Assembly: GCA_937934285.1 (NCBI GenBank)
Contig: CALHAT010000026.1
Location: forward strand, 1 to 59,776
Source of the DNA: Minisyncoccota bacterium
GTDB lineage: Bacteria > Patescibacteriota > Minisyncoccia > UBA6257 > HR35
Reading direction: 5' to 3'
DNA length: 59,776 nt
Positions 25,854 through 35,769 of the stretch are shown piece after piece; the first letter of the stretch is position 1, and each line of letters opens with the position of its first letter. The notes beneath the pieces are model-generated. The model did not search any database and was not told the DNA's origin. It saw only the letters and a program-made list of their open reading frames with translations. A program made the position numbers and the translations under genes.

Positions 25854-26411
25854 ATGACAAAAGAAAAAATAAAACTAATTTATGGGATTGGTAATGAGGA
25901 TAAAAATTTTGTAAACTCTGTTCATAATTTAGGTAAAGAAATTATTAAATTTTATTTTCAAAAGCCAATAGATTTGAGACATTCTCTTTATGAAAAAAAT
26001 GATTCTTTGATTTTAGCAACTAATTTAGGTTATGTCAATTTAGCTGGTCAGGGTTTAAAAGAACTCTTAGAAAAATTTAAATTAAAGCCAGAAAACATTC
26101 TAGTTATTCATGACGATGCTGATTTAGTTTTTCCGATTTTTAAAACCAGCTTTGGGGTTGGTTCAGCTGGTCATAAAGGCATAGAGTCAATTATCAAAAA
26201 TTTAAAAACAAAAAATTTTTGGCGTTTTCGCATCGGCATCCAAAAAAAGAAAAGAAGAAAAGCCGAAGAAATTGTTTTAAGAAAATGGTCTTCAAATGAA
26301 AAAAAGGTTGTTGATAAAATTAAAAAGAAATTTAAAATTATTTTCGAAAAATTAACTGAAGGAAAATTGCCGAATGAATTAAATTTAGAAAAAGAATATT
26401 TTTTAAGATAA
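25854..26411 (+). CDS. pth: Peptidyl-tRNA hydrolase
   Basis: IYGIGNED...SVHNLG and VIHDDADLVFPIFKTSFGVGSAGHKGIESI match Pth catalytic regions. Confidence 0.85.
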   Translation: MTKEKIKLIYGIGNEDKNFVNSVHNLGKEIIKFYFQKPIDLRHSLYEKNDSLILATNLGYVNLAGQGLKELLEKFKLKPENILVIHDDADLVFPIFKTSFGVGSAGHKGIESIIKNLKTKNFWRFRIGIQKKKRRKAEEIVLRKWSSNEKKVVDKIKKKFKIIFEKLTEGKLPNELNLEKEYFLR

Positions 26412-26413
26412 CA

Positions 26414-27364
26414 ATGGGCTTAAGAGAGAAAATTAAAAACATTAATCAAGAAATTTTTCAAAGAATTTTTGAGGTTAGAGAAATCAATTTAGATTTAGAA
26501 AATTTTGAAAGTTTTCCTGAATTTCAAAAACAAGAGCTTCTTTTCATCAAAGATAAAATCTTGGGCCTTGAAGCTATTTTTAATTTTTCAAGAAAAAAAA
26601 GACCTCAACCAAGAACCGAAACAAAAATTGAAAATGAACCTGATCCTTTTTGTAATGCTCATAATTTAACCCCCATTGATGAGCTTGGTCGTTTAGAAAA
26701 TGAATCAGCTCTTACCGCGGCTAATCTTTCCAAAATGGCTGATTATCATAGCTTAATCATTTTTAAAAAACATAGATTTACTGAGTTAACCGAAAAAGAT
26801 TTTATTGAAGCTTTAAATTTAGCTCAGGAATGGTTTGAAAAAATAAAAGAGCTTGATCCAAGAATCTTCACTCAAATTTTGATTTGGAACTATCATTATC
26901 GTGCTGCTGCTTCTATTTTACACCCCCATTTTCAAGTTTTAGCTTTCAAAGAAATACCTCAACGTCTTGAAGATTGGCAAAAAAGGATTGAAGATTATCA
27001 AGAAAAATTTAGGAGTGATTATTTTGCCGATTATTTTCAAGTTGCTCAAGAATTAGGAATTACTAAAAGTTTTCCTAATTTAAAAGCCTGGTTAAGTTTA
27101 ACGCCCTTTAAAGAAAAGACAGTTTTTTTTGAAGGTAATTTGAAAAATGATTTTTGGCAAATTTTAGAAAAATTAATTCAAAATGGAACTCAGAGTTTTA
27201 ATCTTTTTTATCTTTATCGAACAACTTATTTGAAAAATTTTGGCTTTTTCGTTGATCGTGGTGAAATAAATAAAATAAACTCTGATTTTGGTGCTTTGGA
27301 AATTTTTGGTTTACCAGTTGTTTCTTATGATCCGATCGAGTTAGCCGGTTTAATATTTAGTTGA
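26414..27364 (+). CDS. Hypothetical protein, possibly a GalT-like HIT-superfamily nucleotidyltransferase
   Basis: ILHPHFQVLA resembles the HxHxQ motif of galactose-1-phosphate uridylyltransferase-type enzymes. The rest is unassigned. Confidence 0.35.
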   Translation: MGLREKIKNINQEIFQRIFEVREINLDLENFESFPEFQKQELLFIKDKILGLEAIFNFSRKKRPQPRTETKIENEPDPFCNAHNLTPIDELGRLENESALTAANLSKMADYHSLIIFKKHRFTELTEKDFIEALNLAQEWFEKIKELDPRIFTQILIWNYHYRAAASILHPHFQVLAFKEIPQRLEDWQKRIEDYQEKFRSDYFADYFQVAQELGITKSFPNLKAWLSLTPFKEKTVFFEGNLKNDFWQILEKLIQNGTQSFNLFYLYRTTYLKNFGFFVDRGEINKINSDFGALEIFGLPVVSYDPIELAGLIFS

Positions 27365-27517
27365 AGTTGAAAATTCTTCAGGAACCAAAAGGGGTATTGT
27401 TTCTTTGGGGCTAAATTGTGAAGGTTTTTCTCTTCTAACTTCAATAGGAAGGAAAATAAAATAAGCTAAGAGACTAAGACCGACGAGCCAAAGAATAATT
27501 TTTGTTGCTCTTACCAT
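27350..27517 (-). CDS. Small (55 aa) single-pass membrane protein, not in the ORF track
   Basis: Hand translation gives MVRATKIILWLVGLSLLAYFIFLPIEVRREKPSQFSPKETIPLLVPEEFSTSTKY*. It fills the gap downstream of rnj, with ATG at 27517-27515. Confidence 0.3.
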   Translation of the reverse strand: MVRATKIILWLVGLSLLAYFIFLPIEVRREKPSQFSPKETIPLLVPEEFSTSTKY

Positions 27518-27519
27518 TT

Positions 27520-29271
27520 TTAAACCTTAACAACCACAGGTAAAACAAGCGGCCTTCTTTTGGTCTTTTTGAAAAGAAATTCGGCGATTTCCTCTTTTAA
27601 ATTATACCTGATTTGCTCTTCTTGAATAATTGGTGATTCATCGCCTAAAAATCTAACATTTCTTTCAACAATTTTCCTTATTAAGTTTCTTACCTCTTGT
27701 AAAAGTTCTTTTGATTCCCGTAAATAAACAAAGCCTCGAGAAACAATATCCGGACTTGTTTTTAAAGTTCCGGTAGCTGAATCGATAGTAGTAACCACAA
27801 CGAACATTCCATCTTTAGCTAAATTCTGCCGATCACGCAGTACAACTTCCTGAACATCACCAACACCCAAGCCATCAACATAAACAGGATTAGCTGGAAC
27901 ATATCTATTAGTTAAATAGACTTTATCAGCGGTTACTTCAATAATTCTTCCGTTTTGGCTAATAATAACTTTTTCTTTGGGAATTCCCAAATTGACAGCA
28001 ATTTCTTCAGCTGCTTTTAGCATATAATAATAACCTTGCGAAGGAATAACATATTCAGGTTTAGTAATGTTTATCAAGAGTTTTAAGTCACCGGAAAAGC
28101 CATGACCTGAAGCATGAATATCCATCATTTGATAATGATAGATATAAGCTCCTTGTTTAGATAAATCGTCTTTTAATTCTTGAATAATTCTTTCGTTCCC
28201 TGGAATAACCGAAGATGAAAAGATAACCGTATCACCGGGAATAATTTTAAAGTAACGGTGCTGACCATTAGCAATTCTCATCAAAGCTGAGCTTTCTTCA
28301 GCTTGAGAACCAGTACAAATGATTGTTACCTGATGAGGGGGTAAACGAAAACTATCTTCGGGTCTAATCAAAATCCCCTTAGGAACTTGGAGATATTTTA
28401 AACGTCGGGCGATTTCAACAGCCATTTTCATTGACCTACCATCAAGAACAACTTTTCGACCATAAAGAGACGAAAGCCAAATAAGCTGTTGAACTCTTTC
28501 TAAAAGAGCCGAGAAGGTAGCAGCAATAATTCGACCTTTGGCTTTTCTAAAAATATCCTCTAAGTTTTCCATAATAACTTTTTCTGATTCAACAAAACCT
28601 GGCTGGGGTGCATTAGTCGCATCCATCATTAAAACTCTGACTCCCCTCATCGCTAATTTGGCAATTCTGAAAAGATCAGCTGGCTGATCGAAAACGGGAG
28701 AAAAATCAATTTTAAATTCACCAGCATATAAAATATTACCAACTGGGGTTTGAATAAAAAAACCAATCGTATCTGGAATATTATGATTTAGATGAAAATA
28801 ATCAATAATAAAAGAGCCGAGTTTAATTGTTTTATAATTATCTTTTCTTAATTCATAAATCTGCAATCTTGGTTGGTTAGGAAAATCAGCTTGTCTTTGT
28901 AAAATGAGACCCTTAGTTAGGGGTGCTGTATAAATTGGTGGATTGCCGATTCGATCAATAATGTAAGGAATACCTCCTATGTGATCAAAATGGCCATGAC
29001 TAATTAAAATACCTTTGATTTTTTCTTTATTTTCTTCTAAATATTCAGTATTGGGAATAATAAAATCAACACCGGGTAATTCCTCAAAAGCCGGAAATTC
29101 TAAACCAACATCAATAATAATAATTTCCTTATCGTTTAATTCTAAGACAGTCATATTCTTACCAACCTCTTCTAAACCGCCCAAGGGGATAATTTTAAGA
29201 TGACCTGGATAAGATTTATCTCTTTTTCTAATCTTTGATTGGGTTTCTTCTAAAATTAAAGTTTTTTCCAT
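27520..29271 (-). CDS. rnj: Ribonuclease J (metallo-beta-lactamase / beta-CASP)
   Basis: HGHFDHIGG motif, beta-CASP region, HASGH, and a length near 580 aa. Confidence 0.9.
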   Translation of the reverse strand: MEKTLILEETQSKIRKRDKSYPGHLKIIPLGGLEEVGKNMTVLELNDKEIIIIDVGLEFPAFEELPGVDFIIPNTEYLEENKEKIKGILISHGHFDHIGGIPYIIDRIGNPPIYTAPLTKGLILQRQADFPNQPRLQIYELRKDNYKTIKLGSFIIDYFHLNHNIPDTIGFFIQTPVGNILYAGEFKIDFSPVFDQPADLFRIAKLAMRGVRVLMMDATNAPQPGFVESEKVIMENLEDIFRKAKGRIIAATFSALLERVQQLIWLSSLYGRKVVLDGRSMKMAVEIARRLKYLQVPKGILIRPEDSFRLPPHQVTIICTGSQAEESSALMRIANGQHRYFKIIPGDTVIFSSSVIPGNERIIQELKDDLSKQGAYIYHYQMMDIHASGHGFSGDLKLLINITKPEYVIPSQGYYYMLKAAEEIAVNLGIPKEKVIISQNGRIIEVTADKVYLTNRYVPANPVYVDGLGVGDVQEVVLRDRQNLAKDGMFVVVTTIDSATGTLKTSPDIVSRGFVYLRESKELLQEVRNLIRKIVERNVRFLGDESPIIQEEQIRYNLKEEIAEFLFKKTKRRPLVLPVVVKV

Positions 29272-29275
29272 TTTA

Positions 29276-29359
29276 TGTCGGAGGGGAGATTCGAACTCCC
29301 ACAGCTTTTCAGCTACGAGGCTCTGAACCTCGCGCGTCTGCCGATTCCGCCACTCCGAC
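29276..29359 (-). tRNA. tRNA-Leu (anticodon CAG), class II with a long variable arm
   Basis: Hand-folded. Acceptor GTCGGAG/CTCCGAC, anticodon stem CGAGG/CCTCG with loop TTCAGAG, variable arm TAGCTGAAAAGCTGT, T arm GGGAG-TTCGAAT-CTCCC, discriminator A. Confidence 0.9.
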
Positions 29360-29365
29360 TAAACC

Positions 29366-29434
29366 GCGAACTGTTGCGAACTTTCTCGCGAACTTATGCG
29401 AACTTCATTATATTCTTGTCTGCGATTGTCTGCG
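29366..29434. repeat. Phased short direct repeats: GCGAACT x4 (10-12 bp spacing) followed by TGTCTGCG x2 (10 bp spacing)
   Basis: GCGAACT occurs at 29366, 29376, 29388 and 29398. TGTCTGCG occurs at 29417 and 29427. These are GC-rich 7-8-mers in an AT-rich spacer immediately 5' of tRNA-Leu on the minus strand. A TATAAT (minus strand) lies between the two repeat sets. Confidence 0.85.
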
Positions 29435-29443
29435 TTCATTAAT

Positions 29444-29884
29444 TTACTCTTCACTCATTTCAATATCTAAAATTTTACCCGAAGAATCAATTGTTGCTGT
29501 GGCATTTAAAATTCTTGAAAGACCGGTTGTTAAAGTTGCTTGGACTCTAATTTTTTTTGTTCCTGAAGCAACATCTAAAACAGTGTAATTAAAATAACCC
29601 TGAGGCATAAAAACTACAGCTGAACTGGTAGTAAAATTTGGATTTTGATTAATTTGATAAAGGGCATAACGTAGACCACTAATAGCTACTGATCTTAAAG
29701 AAACAAAATTACGAAAAACATAACCAAATTGTAAAGAAGTTGACGATAGGTTCCCTAATATTATAACTAAAAAAATAAATAAAATCAAGGTCAAGGTAGC
29801 GATAACAAAAATTATCTGGCCTTTTTGGAAAGTTAATCTCTGCTTATTCGAAAGGCAAAATAATTGCTGTTTCTCCTTCTTCAT
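29444..29884 (-). CDS. PilX-like or minor pilin-like protein
   Basis: An N-terminal basic region is followed by QKGQIIFVIATLTLILFIFLVIILG (hydrophobic helix). It is the last gene of the pilin trio and overlaps the upstream gene by 41 nt. Confidence 0.5.
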   Translation of the reverse strand: MKKEKQQLFCLSNKQRLTFQKGQIIFVIATLTLILFIFLVIILGNLSSTSLQFGYVFRNFVSLRSVAISGLRYALYQINQNPNFTTSSAVVFMPQGYFNYTVLDVASGTKKIRVQATLTTGLSRILNATATIDSSGKILDIEMSEE

Positions 29885-30737
29885 AAGTTCCCGCCGGTCC
29901 TTTGACCTTTAAATTAACTTTAAAACTTCGACCCGTTTTCGTAAATTTTAAATCCTGAAAAATAACTCGGGGATCAGAAATTAAATCAAGATAATAAACT
30001 GCAGGGTTCGTTTTAGCTAAATAAACTTTACCCGCTTGACCATCAAAAATAAGCCAACCGATCACTTCGTTCCAAGCATAACCATAAAGATAATTGTCTT
30101 TAACAATGACTTTATAATTTGAAGTTGGACAAATATTAACATCTTGACAATTAAAAGAAATCCAACCCACAACATCACTCCAAGCAAAACCGCGGAGTTG
30201 ATTTTGTTGATCTAAACAAACACCATACACCGGTTCACCAGAATCAGTATTTCTAAATTTTATCCAGCCAATATTTGGTGACCAAGCATAACCTGAAAAA
30301 GCATAAATAGCCGGTACCGAAGATCCGGAACTTATTTGACAACTAGATGAAGCTAAAAAACTAACATAATAGGTCGGACCATTAAAACTAATACTCCCGA
30401 CACTTAAATTATTAGCAAAACCTTTCACTCTTGAAGAAGATAGATCCAAATAAATTGGTTGGGTTAAAAAAATAACAACATTTTCATTTTTTTGAACAAA
30501 AACAATCTCCCAATCAGTTAAAATATCCAAGGATTTCGATCGGAAAATTTCTCGTTGAATTCTTAAAAAAATATTTCTTATTTCACTTCGCAAATCAACT
30601 TCTTCTCTTAAAACAAAATAATTTTTTAAAGCTTCATTTAAAATCGGGTAAGCAATACCAATAATCAAAGCAAACAAACCAAAATATAAAATAACCTCAA
30701 TTAAAGTGAAACCTTGATTTTTTTTAAAAGGCGACAT
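29844..30737 (-). CDS. Type IV pilin-like protein with a prepilin N-terminal motif and a triple Trp-rich repeat
   Basis: The leader MSPFKKNQG|FTLIEVILYFGLFALI is a class III signal with Glu at +5. Internal repeats are GYAWSPNIGWIKF, GFAWSDVVGWISF and GYAWNEVIGWLIF. Confidence 0.8.
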   Translation of the reverse strand: MSPFKKNQGFTLIEVILYFGLFALIIGIAYPILNEALKNYFVLREEVDLRSEIRNIFLRIQREIFRSKSLDILTDWEIVFVQKNENVVIFLTQPIYLDLSSSRVKGFANNLSVGSISFNGPTYYVSFLASSSCQISSGSSVPAIYAFSGYAWSPNIGWIKFRNTDSGEPVYGVCLDQQNQLRGFAWSDVVGWISFNCQDVNICPTSNYKVIVKDNYLYGYAWNEVIGWLIFDGQAGKVYLAKTNPAVYYLDLISDPRVIFQDLKFTKTGRSFKVNLKVKGPAGTYEEGETAIILPFE

Positions 30738-31155
30738 TTAACTTTGGTAAAAGAAAATAATCTTCAATAATTAAATCAAGATATTTGGCGGTGGTAGTTA
30801 CAAATTTAATAGTATCAGTTGTATAATTATTTATTTTAAAACTAAAATAATAAATTTCATTGAAGGCGGTAATTTTTTCACTGCCGGTAGCAATTACCCA
30901 GTCATTTCCTGAAGCATAAAGGTAATAATCAGTAGTTGAAGCCAAAGAATCAATTAGTGACCAATTTGTCTTAGCTAAAGAAATTAAAGCATTACGATAT
31001 TTTTCGAAACTTGAAATAGCAATCGCCTGATTAAAAGTAGGGTATCTTTGGGAACGCTGTAAAAGACTCAAAAAAGCAGCTAAAATTCCTAAAATAACAA
31101 CCAAAAGTCCCAAACCAAGAACAACCTCAATTAAAAACTGGCCTTTATTTTTCAT
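30724..31155 (-). CDS. Type IV pilin (candidate major pilin, 143 aa)
   Basis: MKNKG|[18 protein letters not shown] is a prepilin-type cleavage/methylation motif. The start overlaps the fusA stop by 4 nt. Confidence 0.75.
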   Translation of the reverse strand: MKNKGQFLIEVVLGLGLLVVILGILAAFLSLLQRSQRYPTFNQAIAISSFEKYRNALISLAKTNWSLIDSLASTTDYYLYASGNDWVIATGSEKITAFNEIYYFSFKINNYTTDTIKFVTTTAKYLDLIIEDYFLLPKLNVAF

Positions 31156-33284
31156 CTGATTTTGGCTACATTATTTGTTTGGATTATCATCTGAGAAATT
31201 TGTGGAGGGACGGGCTCATAATGAGAAAACTCCATCATACATGTTCCTCTTCCTTGGGTTAAAGATCTTAAAACCGTTACATAACCGAACATTTCTGCTA
31301 AAGGAGTGTAAGCCCGAATAACTTTCGTCATTCCTCGATCAAAAACTTCTTCAATCTTTGCTCTTCTTGAAGAAAGATCACCGGTAATATCACCCAAAAA
31401 TTCAGGTGGAATAACAATTTCTGTTTTCATAATTGGTTCTATTAAAATTGGGCTAGCTTGTTTAACTGCTTCTTGAAGAGCAATTGCTCCAGCAATTTTA
31501 AAAGCAATATCCGAAGAATCAACTTCATGATAAGAACCATCAAACAAAGTAATCCGAATGTCTTTAATTGGATAGCCCGCTAAAACTCCTTTTTCCATTG
31601 CTTCTTTAACACCCTTTTCAACTGAAGGAATAAAATTGTCGGGAATAATTCCGCCTTTAATAGCATTGATAAATTCAAAACCTTTACCTCTTTCTAAGGG
31701 TTCAACTTTTAACCAAACATGACCATACTGTCCTCGACCACCGCTTTGACGAATATATTTTCCTTCAGCAACGGCTTCTTTGGTTATTGTCTCTAAATAA
31801 GCAACTTGGGGTCTGCCAACATTAATTTCAACATTAAATTCTCTTTTGAGTCGATCGACTTTAATTTCTAAATGAAGCTCGCCCATTCCTCCAATTAAAA
31901 CATCACCGGTTTCTAAATTTTGAGTTAAACGGAAGGTTGGGTCTTCGTCCATTAAAGCTTTTAATGCTAAGCCCATTTTTTCCTGATCTTGTTTAGTTTT
32001 GGGTTCAACTCTCATCCAAATAACCGGTTCTGCAAATTCAATTTTTTCATAAATAATTGGTGCCTTGGGATCACAAAGAGTTTCACCGGTCTTTAATTCC
32101 TTAAGACCAACAATAGCACCAATATCACCGGCAAAAAGTTCTTCAATTTCTTCACGATGATTAGCATGCATCCGAGCGATTCTACCGATCCTTAGGGTTT
32201 GTCCGGTAGTTGAATTTAAAACAGTCATCCCACTTTTTAAAATACCGGAATAAACACGAATATAAGATAAAGTACCAACATAGGGATCAACGGCGATTTT
32301 AAAAACTAGTCCGGAAAATGGTTCATTGTCAGATGCTTTTCGTGAAGTTTTTTCATTGGTTAAAGGATTGTTTCCCTGAGGATCGGGTAAATCAAGAGGT
32401 GAAGGCAAAAAATCAACAACTCCATCTAAAAGAAGTTGAACACCTTTATTTTTTAAAGATGAACCACAAAAAACCGGGATAAATTCATATTTCAAGGTTG
32501 TTCTTCTAATTGCTTTTCGGATCTCTTCGTCGTTGAAATTATTAGCAAAATATTTTTCCATAAACTCTTCATCTCTTTCGGCTAATTTTTCTAATAAAAT
32601 ATTCCTCCATTTTTCAGCATATTCTTTTCTCGAAGGATCAATATCTTTTTTAACAATATCTTGACCTTTTTCACTTTCAAAATAAACCTCTTTCATCTCA
32701 ATTAAATCAATTACTCCTTGAAAATTTTCTTCTTGCCCGATAGGAATATTTACTAAAACAGCATCTTTTGATAACCTCTGATGAATAGAATTTAAAGAAA
32801 ACTCAAAATCAGCACCAATACGATCGAGTTTATTAATAAAACAAATTCGAGGTACTCTATATTTATCAGCTTGATGCCAAACTGTTTCTGATTGAGCCTC
32901 AACTCCTTGAACACCATCAAAAACAACCACAGCTCCATCTAAAACTCTTAAAGATCTTTCAACTTCAGCGGTAAAATCAACATGACCGGGAGTATCAATG
33001 ATATTAATTTTATATTCACCTTTAATTCTTTCTTCTTTTGTTTCAGCTTGCTTTAAATAACTTTGTGTCCAAAAGCAAGTTACAGCTGCTGAGGTAATTG
33101 TAATCCCCCTTTCTCTTTCTTGAGGCATCCAATCAGTAACTGTTGTTCCTTCATGAACTTCACCGATTTTATGAGAAATTCCCGTGTAATATAAAATCCT
33201 TTCAGTTGTGGTTGTTTTCCCAGCATCAATATGAGCAATAATTCCAATATTTCTTGTTTTTTCAATTGGATAGATTCGTGGCAT
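31152..33284 (-). CDS. fusA: Elongation factor G
   Basis: [20 protein letters not shown] and NKLDR, with full five-domain length. The start is set at [14 protein letters not shown] (ATG 33284), one nt after the rpsG stop, rather than the track start at 33326. Confidence 0.93.
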   Translation of the reverse strand: MPRIYPIEKTRNIGIIAHIDAGKTTTTERILYYTGISHKIGEVHEGTTVTDWMPQERERGITITSAAVTCFWTQSYLKQAETKEERIKGEYKINIIDTPGHVDFTAEVERSLRVLDGAVVVFDGVQGVEAQSETVWHQADKYRVPRICFINKLDRIGADFEFSLNSIHQRLSKDAVLVNIPIGQEENFQGVIDLIEMKEVYFESEKGQDIVKKDIDPSRKEYAEKWRNILLEKLAERDEEFMEKYFANNFNDEEIRKAIRRTTLKYEFIPVFCGSSLKNKGVQLLLDGVVDFLPSPLDLPDPQGNNPLTNEKTSRKASDNEPFSGLVFKIAVDPYVGTLSYIRVYSGILKSGMTVLNSTTGQTLRIGRIARMHANHREEIEELFAGDIGAIVGLKELKTGETLCDPKAPIIYEKIEFAEPVIWMRVEPKTKQDQEKMGLALKALMDEDPTFRLTQNLETGDVLIGGMGELHLEIKVDRLKREFNVEINVGRPQVAYLETITKEAVAEGKYIRQSGGRGQYGHVWLKVEPLERGKGFEFINAIKGGIIPDNFIPSVEKGVKEAMEKGVLAGYPIKDIRITLFDGSYHEVDSSDIAFKIAGAIALQEAVKQASPILIEPIMKTEIVIPPEFLGDITGDLSSRRAKIEEVFDRGMTKVIRAYTPLAEMFGYVTVLRSLTQGRGTCMMEFSHYEPVPPQISQMIIQTNNVAKIR

Positions 33285-33285
33285 T

Positions 33286-33777
33286 TTATTTTTGTTGTTT
33301 TCTTCCCCACCAACCAAAATGAGCAAAAGCTTTGTTAGTTTCAGCTAATTTATGCATCTCAATTTTCTTCTTATAAGCATCACCCTCTTCATTAAAAGCA
33401 GCAATTATTTCTTCAGCCAATTTTTCAGACATCGGTTTCCCTTTTTTATTTCGAGCTGCTTCAATAATCCATTTAACTGCTTTTTGAAACCTTCGTTCAC
33501 TTCTTACTTGCCGGGGAACCAAAAAAGTTGCTCCCCCAATTCTTCTTGGCCAAACCTCAACAACTGGGGCAACATTTTTTAAAGCTGATTGAAAAACTTT
33601 TAAAGGATTTTGACCTGTCTTTTCCTTAACAAGTTCCATTGCTTTGTAAAAAATTTTCATAGCTTTTTCTTTTTTACCATCTCTCATTAAATTATTAATA
33701 AACCTTGTAACAATAACGCTATTATAGAGCGGATCAGGATTCCAATGCCTTTTAATTTTCACTCTTTTTCTTGGCAT
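33286..33777 (-). CDS. rpsG: 30S ribosomal protein S7
   Basis: [23 protein letters not shown]...[16 protein letters not shown]...A matches S7. Confidence 0.93.
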   Translation of the reverse strand: MPRKRVKIKRHWNPDPLYNSVIVTRFINNLMRDGKKEKAMKIFYKAMELVKEKTGQNPLKVFQSALKNVAPVVEVWPRRIGGATFLVPRQVRSERRFQKAVKWIIEAARNKKGKPMSEKLAEEIIAAFNEEGDAYKKKIEMHKLAETNKAFAHFGWWGRKQQK

Positions 33778-34190
33778 TATTCTTTTGGTTTTTTAGCACC
33801 ATAAAGAGAACGGCCTTGTCTTCTTCCTTCAACACCACTGGCATCATAAACGCCCCGGACAATATGATATCGAACTCCCGGCAAATCTTTGACTCGACCA
33901 CCTCTGACAAGAACAATTGAGTGCTCTTGCAAATTATGACCAATTCCTGGAATGTAAGCAGTTACCTCAACACCATTTGACAATCTCACCTTAGCGACTT
34001 TTCTTAAGGCTGAATTTGGTTTTTTAGGGGTTGTCGTATAAACTCTAAGACAGACACCTTTTTTAAAGGGTGCCGGTAAATATCTTTCTTTTCTTTTTAA
34101 ACTATTATAATAAAAAAGCAAAGCTGGCGATCTCGATCTTTTCTTAATCTTACTTCTTCCCTTTTTGACTAATTGATTAACTGTCGGCAT
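33777..34190 (-). CDS. rpsL: 30S ribosomal protein S12
   Basis: [12 protein letters not shown]...[19 protein letters not shown]...[12 protein letters not shown]...[15 protein letters not shown]. Confidence 0.95.
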   Translation of the reverse strand: MPTVNQLVKKGRSKIKKRSRSPALLFYYNSLKRKERYLPAPFKKGVCLRVYTTTPKKPNSALRKVAKVRLSNGVEVTAYIPGIGHNLQEHSIVLVRGGRVKDLPGVRYHIVRGVYDASGVEGRRQGRSLYGAKKPKE

Positions 34191-34260
34191 TTTTTTATTA
34201 TATCATAAAAATAAAAAAATTTTAATTTTAGGCGGTGGTTTTGGTGGTTTAAGTGAATGA

Positions 34261-34452
34261 TTAAACTTTAATTTTGCCTTTTAAGATAAGTTTCCGGCAA
34301 TCTTTACAAACTAAAAACTTTTTACCTTGAAAATTCAAAATCTGCAAATTTGGTTTTTGAAAATATTTTTTAACCGGGTTAAATTTTCCTCTTAATTTTT
34401 TTCTTTTAATAGCTTTTTTTCTATTTTTACCACAAATTTGACAAACCTTCAT
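34261..34452 (-). CDS. rpmB: 50S ribosomal protein L28
   Basis: 63 aa and basic. MKVCQICGK...PNLQ fits the L28 N-terminal pattern. Confidence 0.6.
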   Translation of the reverse strand: MKVCQICGKNRKKAIKRKKLRGKFNPVKKYFQKPNLQILNFQGKKFLVCKDCRKLILKGKIKV

Positions 34453-35769
34453 TTAGAAACTATATCTTAATCGGACCTCATTTTCGAAAACTATTTCTTC
34501 TTGAATTAATTTTATTTCTGGAAAAGTTTGGTTAATTTGGGATTTGATTGTTTCTAAATTTTCTTTTTTAACCCTTAAAGAAAAAGTAATTTTGTTTAAA
34601 TTATCAAAGTCAAGCTTTTCGAAATCACTAAAATTTATTACTTCTTTTATTTTAACAAAATTTTCTAAAATTTGAGGATTAAAATTTTTAGCAATATCCA
34701 GAAGCTGATTTATTTGATTTTCTGCTTGTAATTGAAATGATGCTGGTTTTATTTTTTCTTTTAATTTATTTATTTCGTTCTGAAGTTTAAAGTTAAAATA
34801 TAAAAAAATTCCTGAACAAATTATAAAAATAGCAAAAATATAAGCCGAAAGAAAAATTATTATTGAAGTAAGATGGTTAAGAAAATAGGCTGAATATGGT
34901 TTAATTGGCAAAAAATCAATAAATTCCTGGTCCAAAAAAGTTTTTTCAAAAATCAACTTTGATCCTTCAATAAAAATTTCCGAAGGAGACTGATCAAAAA
35001 ATAATTGTTGATGAGATATTTCTGAAAAGGATGATAATTTATAGGCACTAAAAAATAAAATTTTTCCTTCGGTGGTGATATGAGGTTTTAAGAAATTATA
35101 AAAACGATAAATAACTATATTAAGATCGACTTGGTCTGGATTAATTTCTTCAACAATAACTTTTTCTATTCTTAAATTTTTAATTAGAAAAACAGTCATC
35201 AGTTCTTGGTCTATAAAGAAAACAAGATATTCATCGTTAAAATCAATGATTGAGTGAGCTAAAAGATATTGGAAAATTGCACTTAAAGAAGGAGTGATAA
35301 AGAGAGGTATTAAATTATATTTTTCAATAATCCTCAAAAGAGTGTCAATTATTTCTCGAGGGATAAAAGTCAGATTAAAATTAGAAATGGTTGGTTCTAA
35401 TCGATATTTATCCTCTTTATAAAAAAAAGTATATTTCTCGAGCGGTAAAGGAAAAGAAACCTTAATATAATTTAAAATTGCTTCGTAAGGATTAGCTACG
35501 CGTGGTAAAGTAATTTTCTGATACAAAACATTTGGCAGATTAAGAACAATTCCTAAAGTAGAAACTTTTTGTTTTTTTGCCAAAAAAGATAAGCCTTTTT
35601 CCAAATTTTCTTTTTGAAAAATACCTTGATTTAACAAATTCACCTCTATAACCTCAGAATCAATTATTTTTCCTGTTTTTTCAATTTTAAAATAGATAAT
35701 ACTGTTCCTATTTATCCAAATAAGATCATAAATTTTCTCCTTAAAAAATTCTATTTTTATCTTTTTCAT
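34453..35769 (-). CDS. Hypothetical membrane protein with a PilM-like N-terminal half, a central TM helix and a coiled-coil/PilN-O-like C-terminal half
   Basis: The N-terminal half has a degenerate actin-like layout (LGIVLNLPNVLYQKITLP). One TM helix (IIIFLSAYIFAIFIICSGIFLYF) is followed by the coiled coil NEINKLKEKI. Confidence 0.4.
   Translation of the reverse strand: MKKIKIEFFKEKIYDLIWINRNSIIYFKIEKTGKIIDSEVIEVNLLNQGIFQKENLEKGLSFLAKKQKVSTLGIVLNLPNVLYQKITLPRVANPYEAILNYIKVSFPLPLEKYTFFYKEDKYRLEPTISNFNLTFIPREIIDTLLRIIEKYNLIPLFITPSLSAIFQYLLAHSIIDFNDEYLVFFIDQELMTVFLIKNLRIEKVIVEEINPDQVDLNIVIYRFYNFLKPHITTEGKILFFSAYKLSSFSEISHQQLFFDQSPSEIFIEGSKLIFEKTFLDQEFIDFLPIKPYSAYFLNHLTSIIIFLSAYIFAIFIICSGIFLYFNFKLQNEINKLKEKIKPASFQLQAENQINQLLDIAKNFNPQILENFVKIKEVINFSDFEKLDFDNLNKITFSLRVKKENLETIKSQINQTFPEIKLIQEEIVFENEVRLRYSF

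Noticed and set aside
29276-29443. tRNA-Leu as an integration site (att) for a genomic island containing the pilin genes
   Set aside because: The repeats lie on the 5' side of the tRNA rather than duplicating its 3' end. No integrase or recombinase gene and no direct repeat of the tRNA 3' end appear anywhere in the window.
29235-29588. 117-aa plus-strand ORF
   Set aside because: It runs antisense through tRNA-Leu and the repeat spacer and into the pilX-like gene. It has no supporting motif and is a spurious shadow ORF.
33285-33326. Extended fusA start ([14 protein letters not shown]...) and the nested ORFs at 33080-33313, 33352-33582 and 33752-33943
   Set aside because: The extension overlaps the rpsG 3' end. 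The conserved EF-G N-terminus begins at [14 protein letters not shown]. The nested ORFs are off-frame or antisense shadows within fusA, rpsG and rpsL.
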